From contig NW_019091361.1 in the NCBI RefSeq assembly GCF_001949145.1, positions 682,001 to 746,000 on the forward strand: a stretch of 64,000 nt of DNA, written 5' to 3'. Positions within the stretch are counted from its first letter, which is position 1; every line of letters starts with the position of its first letter. Under the pieces are notes generated by a model that was not told where the DNA came from, did not search any database, and saw only the letters and a program-made list of their open reading frames with translations. Position numbers and translations under genes: made by a program. Below are positions 40,031-53,630 of this stretch, in pieces. This DNA comes from Acanthaster planci (taxonomy: Eukaryota).

Positions 40031-41543
40031 TAACAATTCTTCAGACAACACCAAGAATATATTGTTTATAAACTAAATGGCAATATGCCAAACATACATG
40101 ATGAAAGAACATCTTTCTTCTCAGCTGCTGATAGCATGCAATTACTGAGGTTCCAAAAGTGGGGACACAATACCTCCCATAACCTGGCCTCTGTAACCAT
40201 GACATCAAGGTCCCAACCACTGCATGCTTGTTGTCATGAACCGAGTTAGTTAAAAAAAAAAAAAATTATCAACTGACATGGTATATAAACTTGAGACTTT
40301 GAAATGGCTAAATAATGACTAGCCACATCCCAGACCTGTCTGAACATAATAGAGCTGATAATGGCTACCATAAGAGCCATCCTGGATGTTAACCTCTTTA
40401 CCATATGGTAGCCCTTCAAACACATGCAAGTGCTTTATTTTTAAATTTCTGACAAACTAATAACTAAAAAAGGGGGTTACAAAACATCGATTTCTTACAA
40501 ATACCATCAGATGCTGAATTGGCAATCCAAGCTAGGTTCATCATTTTACAAATTGTTATAAATACATGCCTTAATTATTTGTAACATGAGATTTTTGTTT
40601 ACTTTTGTTTACAATTAGAATTAAAATGGAACAAAACTTCTGTCATGTATTCATACAGAGACTTTCCTGAAAATGAAATAAAAAAGTAAAAATGTTTTTA
40701 ACTACAACATAACTGATAAACCTTGTGAATCTACGATAAACGGTAGACACCCAATACATTTACTTGTACATAAATGTGGAATCTTGTAGAAACAAGTGTT
40801 TGTCAAGAAAACAGTTCTTTGAACATGGCAGTTGGTCAGTTACAGTGTACATGTACATGTATGTTCCAATAAAGTAGGCCAACAGTACTGCATCGTCCAA
40901 AAAAAATAATATGACTTCCTTGAAATGTAAGAGACAAACATTTCAATTCTAAACAGTCTACAGATACATGTAATGAATAGGTGCATCACCTAGACACAAA
41001 AAGTCCTGAACATGTAAGTCTTGGAATGTGCATATACAGGTACTGTACATGTATCTTGCTTTTTTATCAAAGTGGTTCAGAATTGCAACAAGAACTGAAC
41101 ACAAAATCCTCTTTTCACATTATTCAAATTCATTCTGTCCACTTTATACATACATGTATGTGTAAACATCGCAAATTCCATTTCAACAAACGGAGACTGT
41201 TACAGTCAATAAACCTGTTCATGTTTTGTCATGTGCACAATGAGGAGAACGTCAATGCAATACAACCTATCAAATATGTTTTTCAAACAGTTTTGCTGTA
41301 GAATCTAAGCACACAAGTCCATTGGAAACTGTACAATTGTCATACAGTCCATGTACCGGTACATGGACAGTAGCCTGCAAGGAAATGCCAAATTTGGCAT
41401 ACATGTAGAATTTGCTTAATTTTCAAAACTCTAAAACAGTTTTAGAAACTGAATTGTTTGAGAACGGAAATATCATAGCATCTACTGTACATACATAGCT
41501 TACCAGTGAACCTGGTCATCGCTCGGAGTAACACGGAAACTTA

Positions 41544-41670
41544 ATGGTTTCCAGTTGTTGTGTTTGGGGTTGTACAAGACAAAGTGCAGATTCCAAAGAG
41601 AAAGGGATCTGGTTCTTCAGACTTCCCAAGTGCAGAAAGAAGCAAATCAAATGGGTACAGTACCGGTGTA
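41544..41670 (+). pseudogene. THAP zinc-finger N-terminal fragment, probably a DNA-transposon relic
   Basis: MVSSCCVWGCTRQSADSKEKGIWFFRLPKCRKKQIKW matches the THAP pattern M..C.V.GC......G..FFR.P.......W. The downstream C..H and AVP motifs are absent; a GTAAGT donor-like site follows. Confidence 0.7.
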
Positions 41671-42729
41671 AGTACGTTGAACATCAGTGCATGTTTTTAC
41701 AAATGCACAGGTTGGCTCCAAGAACACTAACAATGTAGTTTATACTACTTACACTGGAAGGGGACCATGCTATGAAATGGCAATCTCGTGCGCACAGGAA
41801 AAATCATGATTATGAAGTCTTTTTACAGCACTAAACATCCAGCTTAGATTAGAAACTAAAAGCAAAAATGATTTAATAGGATTTTCTGAAGAAAAAAATT
41901 AACAAAGCCAAAAAACCTGAGAGGAAATAATCATCAAAGTTACACCTCTGTACATTTTCAATGGCCCGCTCACACTTCTTGCCACCAAGGCCATTTGTGC
42001 GCATGCTTGAATAATTATAAATTTATCAGTGAAAAGGTCTAAAATTTGGTACAGAATTTGCCTCCAAAATGACAAGAAGCTTTTAATCTTAAATTACTTG
42101 CTATAAATAGAAAACAAGGCGGGGCAAAAACACTACATGAGTGTGCAACAGGAAGGTATTTTAAATAACATGTTCTGGTCTTACACAGGATGTTTTTCAA
42201 CTTGGTGTGTCGGAAGCAATTTACATGAACGAAATGGTACGATGATTGAGTGCATGGAGGTGGTGAAGGCAATTGCCAGCACAAATGTTTGAGGGAACAA
42301 AATTAAATTTGCAGTTGGAAAATAAAATTGGAACAATTTGTACTTTGTTTTCCCAAAAGATGAACACTTAACAGATGTTAATGTCTGCAACTGCTCTGCC
42401 ATGCTAGAATGAAACTCCCATGTAACCAGCACCTATCAGTCTCAGCCTGTATACAGCGTAGTAGTGAACATATCACTGTCACTGCAATGACTGATCACAA
42501 GGATATCATACATGTGCTAGAAGATGGGTCCATCAAGCTGAGCCAATGTACACTCTATTGGTCAAGACTTCCATGGAGCTTTAATGTGGACAAACAATAT
42601 ATTGTAATGGCCAAGATGAAATGTTCATAGTATTGTAGCTAAGTCAAATTACACCTCAAATCTCAGGTCCAGGGAGAGGGATCAGCAATTAGACAAGAGC
42701 ATTTTTGTCACAGTTCATTTTAAATTAAT

Positions 42730-42934
42730 CAGTGTTGTTGTCAAGGCCATCACAAGACCAGTCACATGACCAGTCACAAGACCAGTCACAAGACATGTCA
42801 TAAGTAACAGGGTGAACAATGAAAAAAGAATGCTTTTGTTGCACGTCACTTGATTCGCTTGTGTCTTGAATCTTGACTGAAAGTCTTGGGTGAAGGTCTT
42901 GTAAAGGATTTATGATATTCCAACTACAATACTG
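42730..42934. mobile_element. hAT-like MITE with internal 12-bp repeats
   Basis: Termini CAGTGTTGTTG / CAACTACAATACTG. TCACAAGACCAG-type units are repeated on the left and GTCTTG units on the right. Confidence 0.6.
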
Positions 42935-44042
42935 ACGTGAATGCAAATACATCTTCATGTAGCTTCAGACTTGAGACTGGATGATATGCGATGGGCTGGT
43001 GACATTTGACTATCTACATATATACTCTCACTGCTATACACTCTATAACCAGAATTAGCTGGGTACCAGTATCCAAACTACCGGTACGAATGACCAACCC
43101 CCTTCAAGGATTAGTCTCATCCTCAAGAGAATTCTTTCTGCACATACATGTACAGATTTATGTGGTCTTACTATTTTTACCTTACTTTCAAAAGGTTAGG
43201 GGGTTCTTAACTCTTATTCGAGTACATGTAGTTCCACAACTATCTACATGTACCACTTGTCATAGATATTTAACTGCATCAACAAAAATTAGGGGGAAAA
43301 CAGCCACTTAAGAAAGAAAAAAAAAAATTCCAGTGTCTGATTTGTATTGAGTAAAGTCTAGGTTTCCATTGTGAGCCAAGGTTTGCTTTCAAAGGCTACA
43401 ATTTGACTACAAGTTCTGGTATTTCCTCACCCTGGAGGGAAGTACTGATTTGCAGGTGAACGGCCGACCAAAGCCCATCTGGAGGCTGACAGATTTCAAT
43501 AGGTATCCAGTATTTTTCTCTCCCCCCCCTTTTTTTTAATAATGCGGTCACAATGATTTCCGTGGATGGTTTTGACCCTGCAAGCTTCTCAGCAATTAAA
43601 TCTGACTGATCTCGTTCTGGCGCAATCAGGTGTGAAGGTATGAGTTGGTGGTAGCCCAGAGGGGGTGGTGGGTGTAAGTGTGTGGGTTTGTAAATAACAC
43701 GCCAAAAGGTTTGTGAACTTTTCGCGCATGTTAAGACTGTGTGGAAAATGGTAGCAAATCCTCAATGCTAATTTTTTAATTAGAATGAAGTGATTTCATC
43801 AAGAACTAGATTACGTTGTTGTCACATTGAAGCTATATGTACATATGCTGAATACATGAAGATATCTGGGGGAAAAAAACCAGAAATTGAAGACGTTGTT
43901 GACATCTCTCCTTTGCTTGAAGCGACACAGATGGTGAATTAGCTGAGGATTCAAACCATAGACAACCTGATTACTGGTAAGGGCACTAACTTCATAACAA
44001 CAAGCTGGCCAAATGTGAACAAAAGATCTCTTGCTTACTAAC

Positions 44043-44510
44043 NNNNNNNNNNNNNNNNNNNNNNNNNNNNNNNNNNNNNNNNNNNNNNNNNNNNNNNNNN
44101 NNNNNNNNNNNNNNNNNNNNNNNNNNNNNNNNNNNNNNNNNNNNNNNNNNNNNNNNNNNNNNNNNNNNNNNNNNNNNNNNNNNNNNNNNNNNNNNNNNNN
44201 NNNNNNNNNNNNNNNNNNNNNNNNNNNNNNNNNNNNNNNNNNNNNNNNNNNNNNNNNNNNNNNNNNNNNNNNNNNNNNNNNNNNNNNNNNNNNNNNNNNN
44301 NNNNNNNNNNNNNNNNNNNNNNNNNNNNNNNNNNNNNNNNNNNNNNNNNNNNNNNNNNNNNNNNNNNNNNNNNNNNNNNNNNNNNNNNNNNNNNNNNNNN
44401 NNNNNNNNNNNNNNNNNNNNNNNNNNNNNNNNNNNNNNNNNNNNNNNNNNNNNNNNNNNNNNNNNNNNNNNNNNNNNNNNNNNNNNNNNNNNNNNNNNNN
44501 NNNNNNNNNN
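44043..44510. other. Assembly gap (run of N)
   Basis: 468 consecutive n. Both flanks carry decayed tRNA/SINE-like sequence sharing AGACAACCTGAT. Confidence 0.99.
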
Positions 44511-46152
44511 CAAACTTGCTGCACTAGGGATGTGAACCCAAGACCTCTGCTTACTGGCAAGGATGACAGTACAGACAACCTGATACTTGTAGCTGACAAG
44601 GACCATGAAAAACCACACAGCTTGCCTGAGTTGACCAACAATTTTAATTCTTGACAGGAATAAAATCAAACATAAGGTTGCACCACTATAATCAGCCTCT
44701 TTTCCAGTTTTTCCAAGTAAAACTTAGGTCACACAACCTATTAATTCTTTTAAAAAGGGAGGGGTTTAAAACACAAATGTACAGTTATGTACAGTACCGT
44801 ATCCACTTCTCAGGCTATCTAAACTTCTGAACAAAGCCCTGCTTGAAAGAATTCCAAATTCCGAGCGCTGAGTGGTGTGACAATGGGTAGGTGAAGTGAA
44901 GTGTGATCACTTATCCCTTTTATTTTCATGGGCACTAAACCCAACCAACACTGAGACACGTTATTGTGGCATTTGGGGGAAGCAAAGGGCCATCGTTCAA
45001 CCTACAAAAAAAGTGTGTGGCTAGACTTGTTGGAGCCATAAGCAGAGGAATGCACCAAGTTTGAAGGGTGGGTTTGATTTCCCAGTGACCATGAATATTC
45101 TACAATTGCCAATGACACAATATTAAAGTCAAGTCAGACTGACACCATCACATTTTGCTGTGCTACAATGAACATCATAGAATTTATGTATCACTGCAAA
45201 ACATAGACCAGGACACGACCACAGTGCAGGAAAAAGTATATTTAACAACAGTGACATATCAGTAAATAGTACCAAAACCTCAGTTTACTTGTGAACCATT
45301 TAGGCTTAATAAACATGTATCAGAAAAGATGGCGTACTGCCAATTGCTTTAAATCCCAACTGGCAGATCTGAATTTTTCTGCCTTTGGGCCTCATTCTGC
45401 TGAAAATGCCAGGTCCTTTTGACTTTGCAACTCTAAATCAAGCTCGTTCAACCAAAACCCTGTAATTGGGTGATGTGTAATCAGACTTCTGTAAAAACTT
45501 TCCAGGAAAACTTTTACATGTGCACAGTAAGCAAAGCATTCAATATTCTGGACTGCTTTTGTTTGATTAGTGTCCAGCTCTTACCATAAACATACATCAT
45601 CCTTGGTGTTGCCTTTTCCACAGTCATCACTCAGAGATGTGTACACTGACCATCTGTTAATATCACACTTGCAGCCAGGCGCGCATGTAAGTTTGTGTTT
45701 AATATAGGCCAGGCACACTCATGGCACCAAGCCGCGGACTTGACTTGCTCACAGTTCTGTTTCACCAGCTGTCCTTGGAGGGGTTTGCGACATCAGTCAC
45801 GGCCGATTTGGTCGGCTGGGGCTAGCCAGCCGAATGAGGACACTTGCAAAAAAAGGCTTTTTCTTCCTGAGATGCACTGCCAAAACCTCTGGTTTCAAAT
45901 CAAACAAATCTTGGCTACATGAGGCATGCATAGGCAAACTTGTTGGTCCAGGTTCAATACTGACAGAAAACTACATCACAAAGTAAAAACTGGTCTTTGT
46001 TACTGAGTGAAAATGATCAGTGTGAAATAACCTTAAAAATGAGTTGTCTTTAAAAGTAACAGGAAAATACTTTACTTTAAATGAAATGAATCAGGAAAAA
46101 ACCAAAATTTAAAATGCTGACGCACACACATGGATGCAAAGATCTTAAGTTT

Positions 46153-46604
46153 AGCCTGGTTTCCACAAACAAACTCAAACAGCACACAAGACATCAAGAC
46201 ACAGTCATGGAAGAGACGCTGTGTGTTGTCATTCCATAATTAAAAAATTGAACAAAATGGCACCCACAAAAAATGCATTCTTTAGATGGCAATACCACCT
46301 CTTGAAGCGAAACTGGTGCTCCAGTTTTTACAGAGAAAATGAGCAGAATGAGTGCTACAAAGCGAGAGGGACATCATTGTATGCCCATCATGCCAGCATG
46401 CGTGTCTGTACCAGGGTACCAGTATAGGCCTTTTCTGGCAACACAGCAGAGATAGTCGACAAAGTTGAACCTGACCCAACTTCCCCGACCATCTGTGTCG
46501 ATATTTGTGTTTGTCATGATAAAAATGTTCCGTATCACTGCATATGCCGGGGACAGATCAGCGATGCTCTCTGCTTCTCTTTACATTGATATAGAAACCA
46601 GGCA
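46153..46604. mobile_element. Harbinger/PIF-like MITE
   Basis: Perfect 10-bp TIR core GCCTGGTTTC (46154) / GAAACCAGGC (46594-46603) in a TTA-like context, with an internal AAGTTG..CAACTT hairpin. Confidence 0.65.
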
Positions 46605-49600
46605 TTACTGATGGTGCTATGTTTTGTTTTCTATACATATGACGCGCGCACACCACACACATAGTAATTTTTAGAACGAAGCTTCCCTTGCAATGTGCCT
46701 TTGTATGTCTTGGACTTCAAATCAAATATAATAGTAGCAGAAAAAAGCAAATATCATGTGACACACTCTGGGCCAATCAAGAGAGAAGTGTTGAAACAAC
46801 ACCTAGGTTATATATACACAGAGCATACAGCACATGGACCACTACCGTACTTCACTGGATGAAATGAAGACATCCTACCTAGATTATAGTTTTTGTATTT
46901 TTCTCACCAAAAGAATGAATCATACATGTACAAGGCGGGGAAACATCTAATGTAATTTTCTGCAAACACACAACATCGAAACTACAAGTACATGTACAAT
47001 AATGTACAACATACATAACAGTTTGTGTTTTCAAGGTACAGTCCCACATTTGCAGCTGTCCATAAAGTAACTGCTAACATTGTTGAAAAACACAGCTTCA
47101 GGATACCTGTGGTTATGGGAATGAGCTCCCTGTGGAATAATTCTTCCAGGTAAGGTAACATACTGAAGAAAGCCATGGAAGCTAGAAGATGATTTCTAAC
47201 AATAAGATGCATTTTGGGAAATTGCCATGGTAGTTTATTTTTAATTTAGCGAAGCACACGTAAGCAGTGACACAATACACACACGCCCCTAGTTCTTATA
47301 AGTCATTATAATTCAGGTATGTCACCAGCTGAATGATAGTGTGTCCTAGATCCCGAATTCAGTTGCACTTCAAAACATGACTCTGCAACTTTGGATTAGA
47401 AATCCAGATCCTAGAATGCTGTTTTGCTAAAAAAAATACAGCATTCACTATATCCGAGTTCAGAAGGTTACATGTAGTTGTAAAGCACCCTTCCTTCGAT
47501 TTGAGCATTTTTTGCCCCAGACTCCAAAGTGACAAATAACTGTACTGTACCTTTACAAGGGCCCTGATGTTTAAAGGAAAATAGCCAACATATTATATCA
47601 TGTTACTGGCATGTGTGCTGGGAGAAAAAGTAGCTGCATTTCTAGATAATGAACAAGCAAGATGACATTATATGTAGTTTGATGAGTTATATATACTGTG
47701 CAATTTATGAAAAAAGCTACTGATTGAAAACGATTGATGAATCCTTTTTTTTTTTTTTAGGAAAGACAGTCTAGGAAGCATCAAATCACAAACACAGCTG
47801 GGAACTATTTGCTTACATCCTCTCCTCACCCATTTTGTCATTTAAAAAAAAATGATACCCATGCTTGCTTTTTGTTCAAATCAGTAAAAATATCTACATA
47901 TGACAATTCTCCACCTGGGTAATCTGTCTATTTCTCTAGCACTGGCTGTAAGGTTTCTAGAAAGCAGGACCCTGGTACTGATGTTTGTTCAAGGTGGGGC
48001 ATCCATGGGTGCCATGCACCTGTGAACTCAACTTCTTTTTCCTCTGTAAAAGTCTTCCTCCACAGATGTTTCAGATGGGGGTTGGGAAACCTAAAGCTTC
48101 CTGCTTATGACTCCTGCAGACGTCTTAATCACATCACAGTGCTTGGCCCTCAGGAGCCAATGGCCTCCAAGATTCTGAAAGCAGACCTACCTACCGGTAC
48201 ATCTTGGTCTGGTTCCTGTAATCAAGTCAGTTACAATAGAGTCCACCTTCCAACATGCATGAAATGAGCCTGAGGTCTCCTGCCTGTGCATACTGTACAT
48301 GTAATGTCTGACTGCTGGCAAGTCTGGTCAATGATCACAATGATAACTATCTTCATGAAAAAATGACCTGCAGTGAAACAGGCAGTGTTGATATTATATT
48401 AATGGAAGACATTCTTGTACATCTTGCCAATGAGTGATACCTGCGTGCATGAACGAGGCAATTTCAACAGCTTCCAATTACGAATTTATCACAAAACTAA
48501 ACACTGTGCACACACACATACATCACAACCTGACACAAATCTCTCCACAACACGTCAAGTATGTACCCATACCAGGGAGAGCTCACAGGAGAAAATCTCG
48601 ACCTATGGACCACAGCGAGGGAGGCCCTTCAGGTAGAGGCTGAGGCATGAACTACCATCTCTCTCTCTCTCTCTCTGTAGACAGAATCACAGGGAAGTGA
48701 TCAATCACTAAGGGGGTTATTGGCGGCCAATCAATCAATGTCAGCCTGTCACCTGGACAGAGTCCCCTGCCATCAATCATTTCCATCTCAACCCCCTCCC
48801 ACTGTCAACCAATTTTCAGGGCCTATTGAAAACAGAACCGGTATCTCTCCTCCCACGTGCGTGAACGTGGCAGGATTACTTTTTGTAGATGAGCTGTTCT
48901 GTTTGGAGACAAGGTTGCATGAATCCACACTCCTTGTATAAGTTTGACGGGGGGGGGGGATTCGGGGCCAAAAAGAAATCCCAGCAGAGGGACTGTAACG
49001 ATGAGAACACAAAACTCTGCCTTTTCAGGGCTTTGAACAGCTGACAAGGAATGAGATCCCTCACAAAATGTCATGATTATGAGTGGTTTACACTTGGTTT
49101 CTGTGCAAAGTGCTAAAAAGGTGTCAACCTGCTGCACGATCAGGACTCTAAAATTCTGCAAGTCTGGAATCAAGAACCTGAAAAAATCCTGAGGAATCAC
49201 ATCCCAAGAATGATTGATGCAAGGCTACAAAAACCTGCTGGTTTCTACGAGCATCGAGTACATTGTACTTACATATTGTCAGTATCAAGAGCAAGGTGAA
49301 AACTTCAGTCCTTTACCTTAGGCAATCACATTCAAACATTTCTCAGTAAAGTTCCACACTACCTTCTCACTTCAGGACCAGCTTATTACACACACACACC
49401 ACAAACACACACACAAGAGATCGCCTGAACACATCATGAATTTAAACCACTATGCAAATCACATCACATTTTTGGATTTCACCAGCTTTCTTGCATACAG
49501 TATTAAGTTGCAGGAAGACAGAGAGAACGGGGAGCTGTGTTCCCCATTAGCAATACGTATACAATGGGAAAATGTTATTCATTTGTTGGGGGGAGTTGCA

Positions 49601-52540
49601 ACAAAACTAGTTTTTGAATGTGAACTATCAGTAGGCCCCAACTAATTCTTTTGTTTGAGAGGGGATTCAATTGGTTACAAAGGTTCAACTTCAGCACTTC
49701 AGTTAGCTTCCCATGATATTCAAGATTAATGGTAAAACACAAACCTGGTCAGTATTTAGTACAGGTGTAATAAGCTTTTAATTTCATTCAAACTTAATTT
49801 TAATTTACAGCTGTTCTTAACTCTTGCTGAACAGGGTATTTCCATCACTGGATGACATACATACCGGAATAGCACATGTTACTGCTGTCAATTCTCTACA
49901 GCTTAAAGCATGGTACAATAACGAACCTGAAAATATGGATTTGGTTGAATTTTACTGCAGCGGTGAAAATCAATGAATTAAAATGTACCCGACCCCTAAG
50001 ATTGTGTGGAGAATTATACTGGAAGAGGATTCAGGACTGTTATTTATAGCTAACCTGTTGCCATGAGGATAATCCATGATCATGATCATTGCTAGATGTA
50101 CATGTAACTGACAAGTTGTACATGTACACGTATGCATGTGCCAGTATATACAAGTTGCAGGTTCACATTTGGGTTAAGAACTTTGCATTATCATTTTCCC
50201 TTCAAGTATTTCACAAAGTCCTCACATAAATCTTCATGACAAGAAGTGATATCAGTCCCAGGCTCCGTCCATTTAAATCACAAATCTGAGCACAAAAATT
50301 CTTCTCATAAATTCAATTGCAATCTGCATACATGTAGAGTGCTGGTGTAGCACAGTCACATGTGAATGCATGTAGGGACTGGTACATGTACGACATATCA
50401 AGACTTGAGCAGCCTGACAATTCCTACCATCCCCCACTCTATCTCCCTGACAATTGGCTATTCAAGGCATGTACACTTGAACATAGCCAAGCACAAATAC
50501 AGCCAAGGCCACCTACTCAAAAAAAAGCCTCTCTCAGAGTTTGTTTATACTGCGCCAGGGAGGACTTTCAGACTAGGCTTTCCAGCCCTGGATTGCCTGG
50601 TTCTGAACTCCCAGCTCCCCTCTAACGGCTTATGCTCTCCAGCCTTATACGAGGCCAGGGCCGACTGTATTGTGCTCAGTGAGGAGAGAAAAACCCGGCC
50701 GGGCGTGTGATTGCTCGACGAGGAAACATGACGCCAGAACATCTCAGCCGACAGATCTGGATCACAGACAACTCGCACATTTCGGCAGATGACGCGTGAA
50801 AGAAGCGTGTGATTTTTATTTGAAATGGCAGATTTCTTTTTCCCTAAATTAAAGGGTCTGGTTCACCACTAGATTGGAGGCAGAGTGGCTTCCCTAATTT
50901 CTGGAAGCCATGCAAAATTTCACAAGAACTATACCAAACCACATTAATACATAATTGGACCGTAAACCAATATTCCTGATTAAACATACCTATCAAATTG
51001 ACACCAGTGCATTATTTATGCTTGCCCTTACCATGAGTTTCAAACATAAGGTGGAGTTCTATCTTTTGCAGATGTCAGAGAATCGATGAAGGGCAAACAC
51101 TTGTACATGTTTCTGTGTTGTGTTTATCTATGGAACAAGTACCCAATTATCTGCAAGGTTTTCCCTGGTACATACATGTAGAAGCCAAATGGCAACATGC
51201 TAGGCTGCATACAGTACCGGTATACATGTATAGTACATAACTGCATTAATTAATTGAATTCCAAAGTGCTAGCTTAAATTTCAAGGTAGTCTGTAATTCA
51301 GGGAATTTGTGACACCGGTACTTTGCACAATTCTTCTAATTTCAGTGTGATTTTACATACACCCAAGGGGATTCTGAGGGTTAATAAAAATCTGTTAATG
51401 TAAATTTGACATTACTCATCAGGATTTTTTCTGTAGCTACTTTCTTTTTTTAAGCATCAAAATTTTCAAACGATAGCGTACACAATATACACCACCACAT
51501 AATATGTACATGTGTAAATTTGTGCTTATGTACATGTGCACCTGCTCCTTTTTGTCAGAATAAACAATATGTGATGGATAACAGTGTAACACAACATAAT
51601 TCATACAATATACCACCACCATCAAATGGGCCATAAAGTTTCAGGACCATTTTTATATGCAAGATGCCAGTTTGCCATTATTCCTTCGGACAATGAGCTC
51701 AAAATATAACTACCCTTTCAAGTCAAATGTACATGTACATACATATGCACATGTACATGTGTTGTACACCAAAGTAGCCAAACCTTGCTATCTTTTTCTG
51801 CAAGCGTCTTGCAACAACCACTTTACTGACCCCTCCTTTCCCCTCCCCACAAACCCGATCGATTTGAGTGACACCGGTAATTTGAGGCAATCAATTAGGG
51901 AATATAAAGTCCATTGGAAATCAATTCTTGACCTTGATGGAAGTCAGATTATTCCCCAGAGCTGAAACAATCGGGAAAATGCAGCACAGAGAAGGATGGA
52001 AGGTACACATGGATAGTACCATTATTACAATGAACTCAACCTGTATTATTTTTCAATTATAAGACCAAGGTATATGCAATCCCAAGCAATGCTCTGATAG
52101 TATGACAACTGCTACCAGGACATGTTTATTTCCCTATATTTTTTTAAGAGTCATATTTTCTGTTGGACTGCCCCATCGATATCTTTGTCCCAAACAGGTG
52201 CAAAATGACTGAGGTACATGTGTATGTAGCTTTGCATGGACATCAAATTCAGAAATACAACACGTTGGTTACATGTACATGTACATACATGTACTGTTCT
52301 GCGCATAAACCTGTTATTTCTGTGTGATTGGTTAATACCATTTAAAATGTTGAAATCAGATGTAAATACATTAAGGGTCAGGGACAATGAAGTGCCAAAG
52401 ATGACAAGAAGCATTGTGAACTTTATTTTTATCAAGTTAATCTTTGAACATACATGTATTTGAGGTGTTGTCCCTTCAGTATATTGATATACCCGGTAAG
52501 TTTTTTCACCCCAACAACCACTAAACACGGCTGTAAATTT

Positions 52541-52748
52541 GGAAAAAATGTTGCATCCTGACTCCACTTCAGCTACAAAGTTACAAAGTTGTCTACAAAA
52601 TCTATGGGGGGTGAAGAGAATTTCCCAACAACATCGGTAAATGTTTCTCAGTCCAGAATTTGTGTCTGTCCAGCATTTCTGTAATGACTGACTTTTATTG
52701 AGATGATATATGATGAGAAAAGTGGAGTCAGGATGCAACATTTTTTCC
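52541..52748. repeat. Perfect 29-bp inverted repeat pair with 150-bp spacer
   Basis: GGAAAAAATGTTGCATCCTGACTCCACTT (52541-52569) and its exact reverse complement (52720-52748). Confidence 0.9.
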
Positions 52749-53508
52749 GGGAATTTTTCTTCAAATAATGAAAAAATCAGAGAATGAGCACAATCGATTA
52801 AAGTTGATCCTTTAAAAATAACTGTGAAAAGGAAGGTACAAGTGGTTCCATGTCTTCAAGCACAAAAAATTCCCCAAAAATGTGAAACTTACCCTAGGAT
52901 TTAGCTGTCAAGATGGCAGCTACCAACAGTACAATGTACTCCGACAGGTGACAAAAAGATCAATTCCTCAAGAACCTCATGGGATGCTCCTCAAATGTAT
53001 TTATTCAGTTCTGCAAAAAATATACCAAAATAATTCCATACATGTATTTAAACTTTTGGATTTATTTAACTCTAACCTAATTGTAAAAATTTCTTAAAGA
53101 TGTACATGGAAGAAGTCTTTTCTTTATTGTTCAGATTACCATAACAACATGATGAATTTCACCACGATTTGAGAGTAGCCACAGCCTTTAAACGAACAGT
53201 ACAAAATTTTTGTGTGCTTTACACATTCACCCAATGCACGGGATATTTTGGCTCCATTCTGACACAAGAGGGCACTATGCGACTTCAACAAGAAGCAGCA
53301 GACCAGTACACAGCTGAACTGTGTATCATTGAAATTCAACATATTCAGTTTTCTACAATATATACATGTACATGTATATGTTAATCTATTGTTGGTGAAC
53401 CATTTACATCAATGGGAATGATCTCTGACATTTTGTTTTTAATCAAAGTGGTTTTTACAGCATTTGCATTAATATTCTATTGTCCTTGGAGGTTTTTCCA
53501 TTAATTAA

Positions 53509-53630
53509 CTGGGCCAGGATTTGAGCCAGCAACCTCGAGAACCCTTATGAGTGCTCTACCAACAGAGCTACCATACCCAGCCCTGTGTTGGTGGTTCTTC
53601 CCATATGTCAATATCTTTGCTCAGGGGTAC
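53509..53630 (-). mobile_element. tRNA-derived repeat (SINE-like)
   Basis: Minus strand A-box TAGCTCTGTTGGTAGAGC and B-box-like GGCTCAAATCC. The anticodon arm is degenerate. Confidence 0.65.

Noticed and set aside
43811..44669. Three long ORFs (207-276 aa)
   Set aside because: Artefacts of translating through the N gap.
52151..52741. 196-aa minus-strand ORF
   Set aside because: Runs through TACATG runs and an inverted repeat, with no recognisable domain or coding-like composition.
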